This document shows, one piece after another, positions 43,026 to 55,799 of a DNA stretch of 64,000 bases; within the stretch, counting starts at the first letter, position 1, and the number at the start of each line of letters is the position of its first letter. Source of the stretch: Macrostomum lignano (Eukaryota); assembly GCA_002269645.1 (NCBI GenBank), contig NIVC01000244.1:266484-330483 (forward strand), given 5' to 3'. Below the pieces are notes generated by a model. That model was not told the origin of the DNA, did no database searches, and was given only the letters and a program-made list of their open reading frames with translations. The position numbers and the translations under genes are program-made.

Positions 43026-43801
43026 GTTAGCTAGCTGGCAAAGCCGGTCAACCAGGCCCGCCAGTCGTTGCTTTTCAAGCAGTCCAGTCAGCAGGCCGTC
43101 GGTTCGCAGCGACTCCAGCTGATCGGTCAGCGAGTCCAGATCGTCTAGCACAGACGAAACGGCCGCGGTCCCGCCGACTAGCCGGGGCTTCTTAGCGGGC
43201 GGAGCCGGCGCGGTGCCGCTGCCAGAGGCCACACTGCTGCATGTACCACTAGCTGGGACGATCGCGCAAGCTCGGACAGACAGGCGAGTCTGACTGGGAG
43301 CGAATCGTAAATAACAGTTTGTCAGGACCTGGCCAGACATGAGCTGCTGCTGCTGCTGCTGTTGCGGTTGGTTGACCAGCTGGGCAACCAGGTCTGCTAC
43401 TGGTGAATCGCCGGCTGAGGCCAGCAGAGCGACCAGACGACCGTGCCAGTCGCTGGGTTCGGCATGACTAAGCAGAGCCGACCAGGCGTTAATCTCAATC
43501 AGCTGTAAGAGCTGCAGATACTGCTGCTGCTGCTGCTGCTGCTGATCGTGATAGAAGAAGCCTACGAAATTTAGCAACAGGAAAATATGGCTTTAAAACT
43601 CGGATAATCTTGCGGTAGTTTCCTTTGATTCCCATACTCTGAGCAGGAACAGGGTTGCTCACACTTGAGAAAATTCTCCAAGTCTGAGGACATGCCATCG
43701 GGTATATGATAAAGAAAAAGCTTGAACTTTAAGAAAAATTTCCGTAGTCAGTTATTAGCTGACTAACCAACTCATCAACTAACTGACTGACTAACTGACT
43801 G

Positions 43802-43848
<47 letters not shown>

Positions 43849-44112
43849 GACTAACTAACTACCTGCCTACCTTAACTAACTAACTAGCCAACTAACTAAC
43901 TAGCTAGCTAACTAACTAACTAACTGACTGCCTAACTAACTAACTAACTGACTAACTAACTAACTAACTAACTAGCTAACTAACTAACTAACTAGCTAAC
44001 TAACTAACTAGCTAACTAACTAGCTAACTAACTAGCTAACTAACTAGCTAACTAACTAACTAGCTAACTGACTAACTAACTAACTAACTAGCTAACTAAC
44101 ACACTATCTACG

Positions 44113-44146
<34 letters not shown>

Positions 44147-44196
44147 GCTAACTAACTATATAGCTAGCTAACTAACTAACTAACTAACTATCTACG

Positions 44197-44254
<58 letters not shown>

Positions 44255-44415
44255 GCTAACTAACTATATAGCTAGCTAACTAACTAACTAACTAGCTAAC
44301 TAACTAACTAACTAGCTGACTAGCTAACTAACTAGCTAACTAACTAACTAGCTAACTAACTAACTAGCTGACTAGCTAACAAACTAACTAGCTAACTGAC
44401 TAACTAACTAACTAG

Positions 44416-44458
<43 letters not shown>

Positions 44459-44860
44459 GCTAACTAACTATATAGCTAGCTAACTAACTAACTAACTAGC
44501 TAACTAACTAACTAACTAGCTGACTAGCTAACTAACTAGCTAACTAACTAACTAGCTAACTAACTAACTAGCTAACTAACTAACTAGCTGACTAGCTAAC
44601 TAACTAACTAGCTAACTGACTAACTAACTAACTAGCTAACTAACTAACTATCTAGGTAACTAACTAACTAACTAACTAACTAACTAGCTAACTAACTATA
44701 TAGCTAGCTAACTAACTAACTAACTAACTAGCTAACTAACTAACTAGCTAACTAACTAGCTAACTAACTAACTAGCTAACTAACTAACTAGCTGACTAGC
44801 TAACTAACTAACTAGCTAACTGACTAACTAACTAACTAGCTAACTAACTAACTATCTAGG

Positions 44861-44902
<42 letters not shown>

Positions 44903-45002
44903 GCTAACTAACTATATAGCTAGCTAACTAACTAACTAACTAACTAACTAGCTAACTAACTAACTAGCTAACTAACTAGCTAACTAACTAACTAGCTAAC
45001 TG

Positions 45003-45035
<33 letters not shown>

Positions 45036-45040
45036 CTACG

Positions 45041-45074
<34 letters not shown>

Positions 45075-45296
45075 GCTAACTAACTATATAGCTAGCTAAC
45101 TAACTAACTAACTAGCTAACTAACTAACTAGCTAACTAACTAACTAGCTAACTAACTAACTAGCTAACTAACTAACTAGCTAGCTAACTGACTAACTAAC
45201 TAGCTAACTAACTAACTAGCTAACTAACTAGCTAACTAACTAACTAGCCAACTGACTAACTAACTAACTAACTAGCTAACTAACTAACTATCTACG

Positions 45297-45346
<50 letters not shown>

Positions 45347-45552
45347 GCTAACTAACTATATAGCTAGCTAACTAACTAGCTAACTAACTAACTAACTAGC
45401 TGACTAGCTAACTAACTAGCTAACTAACTAACTAGCTAACTAACTAACTAGCTAACTAACTAACTAGCTAACTAACTAACTAGCTGACTAGCTAACTAAC
45501 TAACTAGCTAACTGACTAACTAACTAACTAGCTAACTAACTAACTATCTAGG

Positions 45553-45598
<46 letters not shown>

Positions 45599-45776
45599 GC
45601 TAACTAACTATATAGCTAGCTAACTAACTAACTAACTAACTAACTAGCTAACTAACTAACTAGCTAACTAGCTAGCTAACTAACTAACTAGCTAACTAAC
45701 TAACTAGCTGACTAGCTAACTAACTAACTAGCTAACTGACTAACTAACTAACTAGCTAACTAACTAACTATCTAGG

Positions 45777-45826
<50 letters not shown>

Positions 45827-45918
45827 GCTAACTAACTATATAGCTAGCTAACTAACTAACTAACTAGCTAACTAACTAACTAGCTAACAAACTAGCTAAC
45901 TAACTAACTAGCTAACTG

Positions 45919-45951
<33 letters not shown>

Positions 45952-46152
45952 CTACGTAACTAACTAACTAACTAACTAACTAACTAGCTAACTAACTATA
46001 TAGCTAGCTAACTAACTAACTAACTAACTAGCTAACTAACTAACTAGCTAACTAACTAACTAGCTAACTAACTAACTAGCTAGCTAACTGACTAACTAAC
46101 TAGCTAACTAACTAACTAGCTAACTAACTAGCTAACTAACTAACTATCTACG

Positions 46153-46190
<38 letters not shown>

Positions 46191-46400
46191 GCTAACTAAC
46201 TATATAGCTAGCTAACTAACTAGCTAACTAACTAACTAGCTGACTAGCTAACTAACTAGCTAACTAACTAACTAGCTAACTAACTAACTAGCTAACTAAC
46301 TAACTAACTAACTCACTAACTAACTAGCTGACTAGCTAACTAACTAACTAGCTAACTGACTAACTAACTAACTAACTAGCTAACTAACTAACTTTCTACG

Positions 46401-46454
<54 letters not shown>

Positions 46455-49400
46455 GCTAACTAACTATATAGCTAGCTAACTAACTAACTGCACCAGCAGA
46501 TGCACAAAGCTTCGCACCCTGTTGCTGCTGCGGCTGCTGCTGCTGAGACACCTGCCGCCGGTAGCAAGCCACAGCCAGCAGGCAATTGGCCAGAGCAAAT
46601 CCGATCTGCGACCCTAGCGTAGAACAGCCGGACGCCACCGCAGGCTGGGGAGCAGGACACGACAGGCGGTGCAGCAGCTGCTCAATACCGACAGCGGCCG
46701 CCTCAGCCAGCGGGCGGGCATGCGTGGCCAGAGCGAGGCTGATGCCCGAGGCTAACGCGCCGCATAGAGCGTCAACTAGGTCGCCGGCACATTGCAGTTG
46801 GCCGTTGCTGGCGTCCAAGGAGGCTGGCGCGATGCTCGGCAGGCAGCGGGCGGCGTGGGTCAGCGAGCGGGCCAAGGAGGCGGCCAGACGGTCCGGGAGA
46901 AGGCCGCCACCAGCTGGCAGGTTGGGCACAATGCGCAGCAGTGCGGACTGAGCATGAGGGGAAGTTTGGACAATTTCGATTCAAATACGACAAACTATTT
47001 TTATAAGGTAATACATGTATGTGTAAGTCGAGTTTTAACAATTCCTAATAAATAATAATAATAATTGATTACACCTGCCCCGATTGGGCCAGATGTGCAA
47101 CCGACAGCTCAGCCGCAGCTATTGCGCGGCGCATCTGAAGGCTGCTTACGGCTGTTCAGTCCAAGGACTGGGGTCGCCACACACACCCTCAATTACCCCA
47201 GCTAATGCTGGCACCCATTTTACTGAACTGAAGGAATGCAGAGTTAAGTGTCTTGCTCAAGGATACAAAATTTTCCGAGTGTGTCGAGAATCGAACCCAC
47301 GACTTTTCAGTCCCTCTAGGCTACAACCCTCTAGAAACTCCTAAGGAACTATACAGAGAGAAGTAAACGATCTGCCTAATGCGCAAAAATCATCTTAAAT
47401 GCTGTTAACCTGTCTCAAAAAACTTATTAGCTTCTTAGTACATTTTAATTCGTATTAAGCCGATGCAGAGCCAGATGTGTGCAAGTATTCTCCATCTCTC
47501 ACCAGTCTGATGCACTCTGCAGACCGGATAACGGCTCCAGCTGAGTAGTTTTCCAATCCGGCGCCAACTAAATTGTCAACAATGCTGGCTAAAATCGATT
47601 GAATCTGCGGCTGCTGCACAGCTGAGGGCGACAAGTTGTTGAAGTTGAGCCACAGATAGAGGCAGTAATGCCGCTCGGCGAACGGGTACTGCTCAACTAT
47701 GGAGAGCTGAGGGCAGAGAGAGCAGTTAATTAGTTACTTAAATAATTAATTGCTAGGCCAAACTACAGATACTACCGTAGAATAACTATAGACGGTCCAC
47801 TCAGCACATTTGCATGTAAGCTACTATTCAGCTAAGTAGTAAGTAAAAACAGAAGCATTTTAATGTATTTCAAGACAAGACTAGATTACAGGTTCTAACC
47901 CCCCCCCCCCACATCTCTGCCTTGCCTCACCGCCCAATTTTTATTGCCTTCCTTTGTGTGCCAAGCTTAAAGCTGCTGCCATGTACATTTCAGTGGCACT
48001 GGCTAATTTACATTATGGATGAACTTTGTAGCTTGGATTATTCTAAACTTATCAATTCATTTCAACTGCCTTTCTTTTCATAAAATAGCGTCTGTATTCT
48101 TCGCTACTACTGAAATGAAAGTAGGCTGAACACAATTTACTACTTACACTCAGCAGCATGTTCTGCACGCTATGTAAGCTTTTTGCGCCACACTCTATAC
48201 TTTCTACTTATCAGTAGACGAACTCTGACTACAAGAGTATAAATGCTAGTCAAAAAATATTTTGCAACAATATCGGCTTACAACATCGACATCGCTAGCG
48301 AATTTAACAATCCGAGCAAACAGTCGGCCGGCCAGTTGGCAGCGCTGCTCGGTAGCGCAGCGCCTGTAGTCGAGGCTAGCCAGGCTATTGGCCAAAAGGC
48401 CGACCCATTGTGCGCAGAATGAGGCAGACGAGTATCTAATTAAGGTAGTTTTTTGGGGGGCGATTTAACTGATATTTACTGTGTTTTCAACATTTGGAGC
48501 TGTGCTTTATAAAACAAACACAAGCATATCTACCCTATCCTTTACACTGCCTGAGGGGGCACCTCTGAAATGTCATATTTCATCTCCAAAAAGCAGCTTC
48601 TTTCACGATTCCGACACTGCATCCCCGACACTTCATATCTCAGACACTTTTTATCTCCGACACTTCATCTCTCCGACGCTTCATACCTCCGACACTATAT
48701 CTCCGACACTTTATATCTTCGACATTTAATATCTCCGATGCTTCCTACCTCCGACACTACATCTCCGACACTTTATATCTCCGACACTTCATATCTTTGA
48801 CGGTTCATACCTCCGACACTATATCTCCGACACTTAATATCTCCGACGCTTCATACCTCCGACACTATATCTCCGACGCTTCATACCTCCGACACTATAT
48901 CTCTCCAACGCTGCATACCTCCGACACTATATCTCCGACGCTTCATACCTCCGACACTGTATCTCCGACACTTCATCTCTCCGACAATATATCTCTCCAA
49001 CGCTTCATACCTCCGACACTATATCTCCGACGCTTCATACCTCCGACACTATATCTCCGACACTTCATCTCTCCGACGCTTCATACCTCCGACACTACAT
49101 CTCCGACACTTTATATTTCCGACGCTTCATACCTCCGACACTATATCTCCGACGCTTCATACCTCCGACACTATATCTCCGACGCTTCATACCTCCGACA
49201 CTATATCTCCGACGCTTCATACCTCCGACACTATATCTCCGACACTTAATATCTCCGACGCTTCATACCTCCGACACTATATCTCTGCAACGCTTCATAC
49301 CTCCGACACTATATCTCCGACGCTTCATACCTCCGACACTATATCTCCGACGCTTCATACCTCCGACACTATATCTCCGACACTTAATATCTCCGACGCT

Positions 49401-52400
49401 TCATACCCGACACTATATCTCTCCAACGCTTCATACCTCCGACAGTATATCTCCGATGCTTCATACCTCCGACACTATATCTCCGACGCTTCATACCTCC
49501 GACACTATATCTCCGACGCTTCATACCTCCGACACTATATCTCCGACGCTTCATACCTCCGACACTATCTCTCCAACGCTTCATACCTCCGACACTATAT
49601 CTCCGACGCTTCATACCTCCGACACTATATCTCCGACACTTAATATCTCCGACGCTTCATACCCGACACTATATCTCTCCAACGCTTCATACCTCCGACA
49701 CTATATCTCCGATGCTTCATACCTCCGACACTATATCTCCGATGCTTCATACCTCCGACACTTTATGTCTGAACTTCATATCTTCGACAAGCTTAAGGTT
49801 AGGGCTAGGGTTAGACTGCTAAACTGATTTATCGGAGATATGAACTGTCGATCATACTCAAAACAATTTTGTGTACCTTAAGCAAGACACTTAACTTTGC
49901 ATTGCTTCAGTTCTCCCAACTGTAAAATGAGTTACCAGCAATAGCTGAGGTAATTGAGGGCATATGGCGACCCCCCTCAGGACTGAACAGCCGTACGCAG
50001 CTTTCAGATGTGCCGCGCCACTAACCTATTTTTTACCGTTTTCAGATTTATGTTAAAACCTACCTGAGCAGAAAGCAGAGCACATCAGAAGCAATTAGGT
50101 ACAGCACAGCGGACGAATCGGGATTGAATAAGATCTTAATCACGACCTTCTCCTGCAAGAAAAAAGACCTATAATTAGTATTCTGATTACTTTCACGCAA
50201 TAGGCCGGACTATATTCTTACCAGGTAGGACACTAGACTATTAGGCAGGTGACAGGCGCTGGTAATGACGGCCAGCACGGTGCAATGGTAATAATCTAGG
50301 CCTGAATGAGCATGGCCAATGTCTAAGGCGCAGTCAAGTAGAGAAAGCTTCGGTGCTGCAATCATTGTCGATAGGGTGGCAGTTTAGTTTTCATAAACCG
50401 ACGTCACAAACATCTGAATATATTAGTACCCTAATTACCTTGCTCAAGAGTCCTGATTAACGAGTCGTAAAGGTTCGATTCTACAAGTAGGTCGCTTTTG
50501 TCCAACCAGAGGCGGCTGTCGTCCAATTCTGAGTAGTATAAAGGTAAACATATCACTTGATTGCCATTTGAACTCTGTTAACGAGCCTGGGACTATTTGC
50601 ACTAATGAGACTGGGACTACTTGCACTAATGAGACTGGGACTATTTGCACTAATGAGACTGGGACTACTTGCACTAATGAGACTGGGACTATTTGCACTA
50701 ATGAGACTGGGACTACTTGCACTAATGAGACTGGGACTATTTGCACTAATGAGACTGGGACTATTTGCACTAATGAGACTGGGACTATTTACACTAATGA
50801 GACTGGGACTATTTGCACTAATGAGACTGGGACTATTTACACTAATTAGACTGGGACTATTTACACTAATGAGACTGGGACTATTTACACTAATGAGACT
50901 GGGACTCTACTCCCTGAGACTGAGTCGGCAACTGCATATATACCAAAACAGCTCACCCGGCCGTTTAGGCAGCAGCGCGAGTACATAGCACTTGAGCTCA
51001 ATCAGCGCCAGGCACAGGGCATCGGCAGGCCAGTCGTCAGCTTGGCCAGCCTGAAAGGCCAGCCGCTGCAGTTCCGGCAGGCCGGCTGCGATAACCGCCT
51101 GAGCAAACGCGGCGCTGCCTAGCAACCGTTCGACAGCAACTAGAGGCGAACTGCGCAGCTTAGCGGACAGCAGCTCGGGATTAACAGCCTCGTCGCTAGT
51201 AGACCGATCGGCTAAGCGGCGGAACAGAACTCGAAGCATAGCTAGCGTGTAAAATAGCTGTGACAGACAGGCGGATAGCTGGCTGTGGTATTCGGTTAGC
51301 AGAGTTACCAGGCATTTCACAAAGAAGCTGAATATCTTGGCGTCCTGAGGGCTGCCCCCGGTCTACAGTTTGTAACAGACAGAATTCATTAGGCCATCCT
51401 AATTTTTACAACTATTAAAATTTTCAATACAAGGCAAACTTAATGAGAAATTACCTGAATAATCTGTCCCATCATTTGCCTAGTGATTGACAATAGTTTA
51501 GCAACGATGTCGTCAATGTTAACGGAGTCGTGCAACAGGCAGATGTGCGATTCTGAAAGTGTGCTGCGAAAGAAACAACAAGTTTCTTTTGTTAAATACA
51601 GCTAGGCATTTACACCTGGGCAATTAGCATTTGGGATCAAGCTATCAACATTTTAAGGTGGATAAATATCGCTTTATGGATGGTCATAGCTACATGACTC
51701 ATTGATGGTCATAGCTACATGACTCATTGATGGTCATAGCTACATGACTCATTGATGGTCATAGCTACATGACTCATAAATGGTCATAGCTACATGGCTC
51801 ATGAATGGTCATAGCTAAATGACTCATGGATGGTCATAGCTAAATGACTCATGGATGGTCATAGCTAAATGACTCATGGATGGTCATAGCTAAATGACTC
51901 ATTGATGGTCATAGCTAAATGACTCATGGATGGTCATAGCTACATTGTCAGTGTTTTTCTCACCGAATAAGCGACTTCCAAGCAGTCACAGTAATACGCG
52001 GTTCCAACTCGAAGACAGAAGAAGCCAGAGCTGTCAGGGCGTAGGTCACTGCAAGTAGATTAAAGTGAAAGTTGACTTAAATAATTTATGTAAGGTTAAG
52101 CGGTAATAGGAAACCGAAGAACATGAGACCTCCCCAGGCTACGCACCGGCAGAAAGGTCATCTGCTGAAAAGTAGTCACGCATCTGCTGCGAATCAATGC
52201 TGTCTAGGCACTGAATACAGGCCTGCAATACAAAGTAGAACTTGGCGTAGTTTTCTAGATATAGAATTAGCTACGATGAGGTGCCAGATGACAGGTGGAA
52301 GACAAAACTAATAACTTACCGTGAGTGCCGTATAAGTGGCCTTGAAAAGGGAGCCGAGTATTGCGGACACCTGCTGCATTTGGGAGCCGTAGATCTTCGT

Positions 52401-54236
52401 ACTTCTCTGTAATTTCGGGGTATTCTAATGTGTATTCATTGTCAGAACGTGATGGAATAACCAACGAAACTTAACATTCCAAATGGAATTTGGAAGATTC
52501 TAAATGGGACCTGCAAGATTCCGAATGGGACCTACAAGATTCCGAATGGGACCTGCAAGATTCCGAATGGGACCTACAAGATTCCGAATGGGACCTACAA
52601 GATTCCGAATGGGACCTACAAGATTCCGAATGGGACCTGCAAGATTCCGAATGGGACCTGCAAGATTCCGAATGGGACCTGCAAGATTCCGAATGGGACC
52701 TGCAAGATTCCGAATGGGACCTGCAAGATTCCGAATGGGACCTGCAAGATTCCGAATGGGACCTGCAAGATTCCGAATGGGACCTGCAAGATTCCGAATG
52801 GGACCTGCAAGATTCCGAATGGGACCAACAAGATTCCGAATGGGATCTATAAGATTCCGGATGGGATCTGCAAGATTCCGAATGGGATCTACAAAATTCT
52901 AAATGGGACCTGCAGAATTCCGAATGGGATCTACAAGATTCTAAATGGGACGTGCAGAATTCCGAATGGGATATTCCGGCCTTTGCAACGCACCTGACAG
53001 TGCAGGTAGGAGGCGACAAACAGGCGAAACGCTCTCTCCAACCCCACTAGCAGGCTGTCAGGAAGGCGGCTCAGCGCTGGCGGGCTGATCAAACTGTACA
53101 GCTTCTGCAGGCTGCCAGTGAGGTCAAGAGCGTCGCGTAGGAAGCTGGCCGCCTCGGCGCCGCACTCCGGCGAGTCCGACTCGGCCAGCATGCGCACCTC
53201 CAGGCAGGCGAAAAATTCGCCCACACCCTGGCAGACTCGGGCAACCCGGCCGGAGATGAACTGGGCCAGGCTGGCCACGTCCGAATCGGCGAAGCTGGAC
53301 TGCCGCTGCAGCAGCTCCGACTGGCGCACGTGATCTGCAGGTGGGAAAACCCAGGCTTCTTTTAAAAGCTGATTTGCTGCTTTCCCCCATTTCTTCGATA
53401 CGATTTGTCCCAGTCCATCCCTGCTGTCTACTCCACACTACCTATTCTACCTCTACTGTCTACTCTACACTGCCTATTCTACCTCTACTGTCTACTCTAC
53501 ACTACCTATTTTACCTCTACTGTCTAATCTACACTGCCTATTCTACCTCTACTGTCTACTCTACACTGCCTATTCTACCTCTACTGTCTACTCTACACTG
53601 CCTATTCTACCTCTATTGTCTACTTTACACTACCTATTCTACCTCTACTGTCTACTCTACACTCTTCATGCTACCTCTACTGTCTACTCTACACTGTCTA
53701 TTCTACACTCCCCATTCTACCTCCTACGTACGGTACGGTAGACATCTACATTCTAGTCTACTTTTCACGCTACCTCTACTATCTACTCTGCACTGTCATG
53801 CTTACCTCTATCTTCCCTAATCTTTCTGTATGCTACCCCTACATTTCATTTAGTGTCTACTCAGCAACCAAAAAGCACAAGAATATTATCTGTAACTTAT
53901 AAACATACTAAATAAAAGTACTTACCAAACAATGATTTATATGCAGGCTCGGACACCGTCATCATTCAATTATAGTTGCAAATTCATAAGCTTACTGAAA
54001 TTTAACAGGGACAATATTCCGCATTAACTTATGTGCAGTGACTGAATTGGAAGAAACATATTATTATTGTTCGTAACAATTAAAGACACGAACAAATAAG
54101 ACAACATTAATCCACCAACTTCATCTAAGGATTCCACTCGAGAGCTTGCATCATCTGTTTCGGGATTGCACGTCCATGCGCGCAGAACTAACTCAATGAG
54201 AAAAACTTTGATTTGCTTCAAAATGCTGTTCTGTCC
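43023..54236 (-). CDS. FIRRM: FIRRM / C1orf112 (FIGNL1-interacting protein, FLIP) orthologue, at least 14 exons, ~910+ aa
   Basis: In-phase GT-AG exons: 53926-53965, 52994-53334, 52320-52406, 52147-52222, 51964-52048, 51455-51563, 50957-51362, 50222-50355, 50064-50152, 48282-48435, 47503-47706, 46494-46947, 43663-43683, 43023-43561; probable further 5' exon 54116-54236. Colinear matches to recalled human C1orf112: SYLHCQRSTKIYG...LGSLFKATY ~ TFVHCKNSESVYS...LQALFKEAY; TAWKSLIR ~ NTWKFIIK; IASDVLCFLLRYSSASFCA ~ LAMDAWCFLARYGTAELCA; PPAKKPR ~ PYAKRAR. Confidence 0.85.
43765..46490. repeat. 2.7-kb compound (CTAA)n/(CTAG)n satellite with higher-order structure
   Basis: Fills the FIRRM intron starting right at the donor at 46493; recurrent marker words CTATATAGCTAG, CTATCTACGTAA and CTATCTAGGTAA. 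Confidence 0.97.
47055..47333 (-). mobile_element. tRNA-derived CORE-type SINE, near full length, with (ATT)n tail
   Basis: Minus strand: B-box GGTTCGATTC, CORE-like CCTTGAGCAAGACACTTAACTC, 3' part shared with the 24664-24872 copy, ATTATTATT tail. Confidence 0.8.
47768..48135. mobile_element. Diverged copy of the 28748-29179 MITE family
   Basis: Shares CCACTCAGCACATTTG...GTAAGCTACT, CAGAAGCATTTTAATGTATTT and GCTGCCATGTACATTTCAGTGG. Confidence 0.65.
48620..49770. repeat. 30-bp minisatellite (CTCCGACACTATATCTCCGACGCTTCATAC), ~38 copies
   Basis: FIRRM intron; dimeric unit built on CTCCGAC. Confidence 0.95.
49855..50020 (+). mobile_element. Truncated CORE-type SINE copy
   Basis: CCTTAAGCAAGACACTTAACTTTGCATTGCTTCAGTT...CTGTAAAATGAG...GGACTGAACAGCCGTACGCAGC. 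Confidence 0.75.
50585..50905. repeat. 24-bp minisatellite (GACTGGGACTATTTGCACTAATGA)
   Basis: About 13 copies, intronic. Confidence 0.95.
51678..51945. repeat. 25-bp minisatellite (GATGGTCATAGCTACATGACTCATT) containing ATGACTCAT
   Basis: About 10 copies, intronic. Confidence 0.95.
52490..52975. repeat. 21-bp minisatellite (GATTCCGAATGGGACCTGCAA)
   Basis: About 23 copies filling a FIRRM intron. Confidence 0.95.
53430..53820. repeat. 32-bp CT/CA-rich minisatellite (CTACCTCTACTGTCTACTCTACACTGCCTATT)
   Basis: Intronic; degenerates toward the right end. Confidence 0.9.
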
Positions 54237-55005
54237 CTTTATTGTTGTCAATAAAACATGAAATGAAGCCGAACGCAACAACCAATACGTAAGAAAATTC
54301 AACAGGAACAAAAACAAAGTCAACGAGAGCTATGGCGAATGGCGACAAGTGTATTTTTAGCGCCCGAAAACATATGAGGGGTCGACAACACCAAGACACC
54401 TCAAATAAATATTTTGTCTAAATTTGATTAGATAGATTAGTTCAGATCTCATCTAGTCTTTGTTCACTGGTTACCGCAAACTACTACAGTAAGCTGAGAT
54501 CCTCTAGTTTTTGTTCCCTAGTTACCAAACCGTAAAGTACTTTGTAGGAACTCCTTGCACTTGAAAAAAAAATCTTTCAGACACAAATGACTTAATAAAT
54601 AGAAAAAAACGTATTCAGCTTTTTCTCAAGCGTTCAAACATACAAAAATAATGAACTATTTCCGATGAATAAAAAACACCACTGACTGAAAGAGATAATA
54701 AAAAAATGGATCAAAGAGAAAATAATAAAATCATGGAGCAAATTAATACAATACAGAGATAGATTAAAGTTACACAATAATATAATTTTTTCAATCAAGC
54801 AACAAGTACCTTGCGGGATATCTATAGTTTCACATTTAAAATACAGTGTAAGGTATACTGTACCAATATTAATGTATTCATATAGCTAAGAACATGTTTT
54901 CAATCTGCGAATTTATTCGTCGTAGCTAGCACTTGGTCCCTGTATAGTTAAGAAAGACAACAAAAGGGAATGGAGACCGAATTTAAACTCCAGGTCAAAC
55001 CACAG

Positions 55006-55480
55006 ATACTAGAAAAACTGGAAGGTCAATCAGCAAAGCTGCGTGTAAGCTACTTTCAGTTCAGTAGTAAGTTGAACAGAAGCCCCCTAGGCTGAGTTTC
55101 GCCCATCTGACTTAACCTCTCTCCTTACTGCTCTCGTATTGGCTGAGCTAGATTGGGCCTGCCCCCTAGGCTGAGTTTCGTCTGTCTAACTTTAACCTCT
55201 CTCCTTACTGCTCTCTCATTGGCTGAGCTAGATTTGGCCTGCCCCCTAGGCTGAGTTTCACCCGTCTGACTTTAACCTCTCTCCTTACTGCTCTCTGATT
55301 GGCTGAGCTAGATTGGGCCTGCCCCCTAGGCGGGGTTTCGTCCGTCTTGCGTTCACTTGCCGCAAAACCCCCGAGGAAAAGAAATAAAATTTTAGATGCC
55401 ACATTAAATCTAAGTGGCACTGCGCAGACAAACTACTAAATAAAGTGTAGTCGTGTAGACCTTCTGCCTTTTCACAACAA
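55006..55480. mobile_element. MITE-family copy with an internal 80-bp tandem triplication (55083-55335)
   Basis: Left end matches the 28748 TIR (GATACTAGAAAAACT...GTAAGCTACTTTCAGTTCAGTAGT); unit GCCCCCTAGGCTGAGTTTC...GATTGGGCCT occurs 3 times; right end is degenerate. Confidence 0.55.
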
Positions 55481-55799
55481 TTGCGAGTGGCATATTTAGT
55501 TATTCCAGATACTGTGGTCTAGACACACCCAAAAGCATAGTACAACTACCGGTAATCACTTTCATGGAAACAGTTTAAAGCAGAACACCAGCTGGGATTT
55601 TCGGACCAACAATAGTCTTTAGACTGTAATAAATACTAAACTGGAAAATTCTTCAAGTGATATAAAGTCCAGCTTCACCCTGTTAATCTCTAGAAAACCC
55701 AACGGAAGGAACTGAATGGGATGTCTATCTATTGCATTCGGATGAAACCGGAGCCTTAATTTTTATCGTTTCCAACTAAGACACAAAAAAAGCAGTTGA

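Noticed and set aside
48481-53820. Repeat-peptide ORFs (SDTISPTLHT, CTNETGT, SESCRSH, YSTLP)
   Set aside because: All lie in FIRRM introns and are frames of minisatellites.
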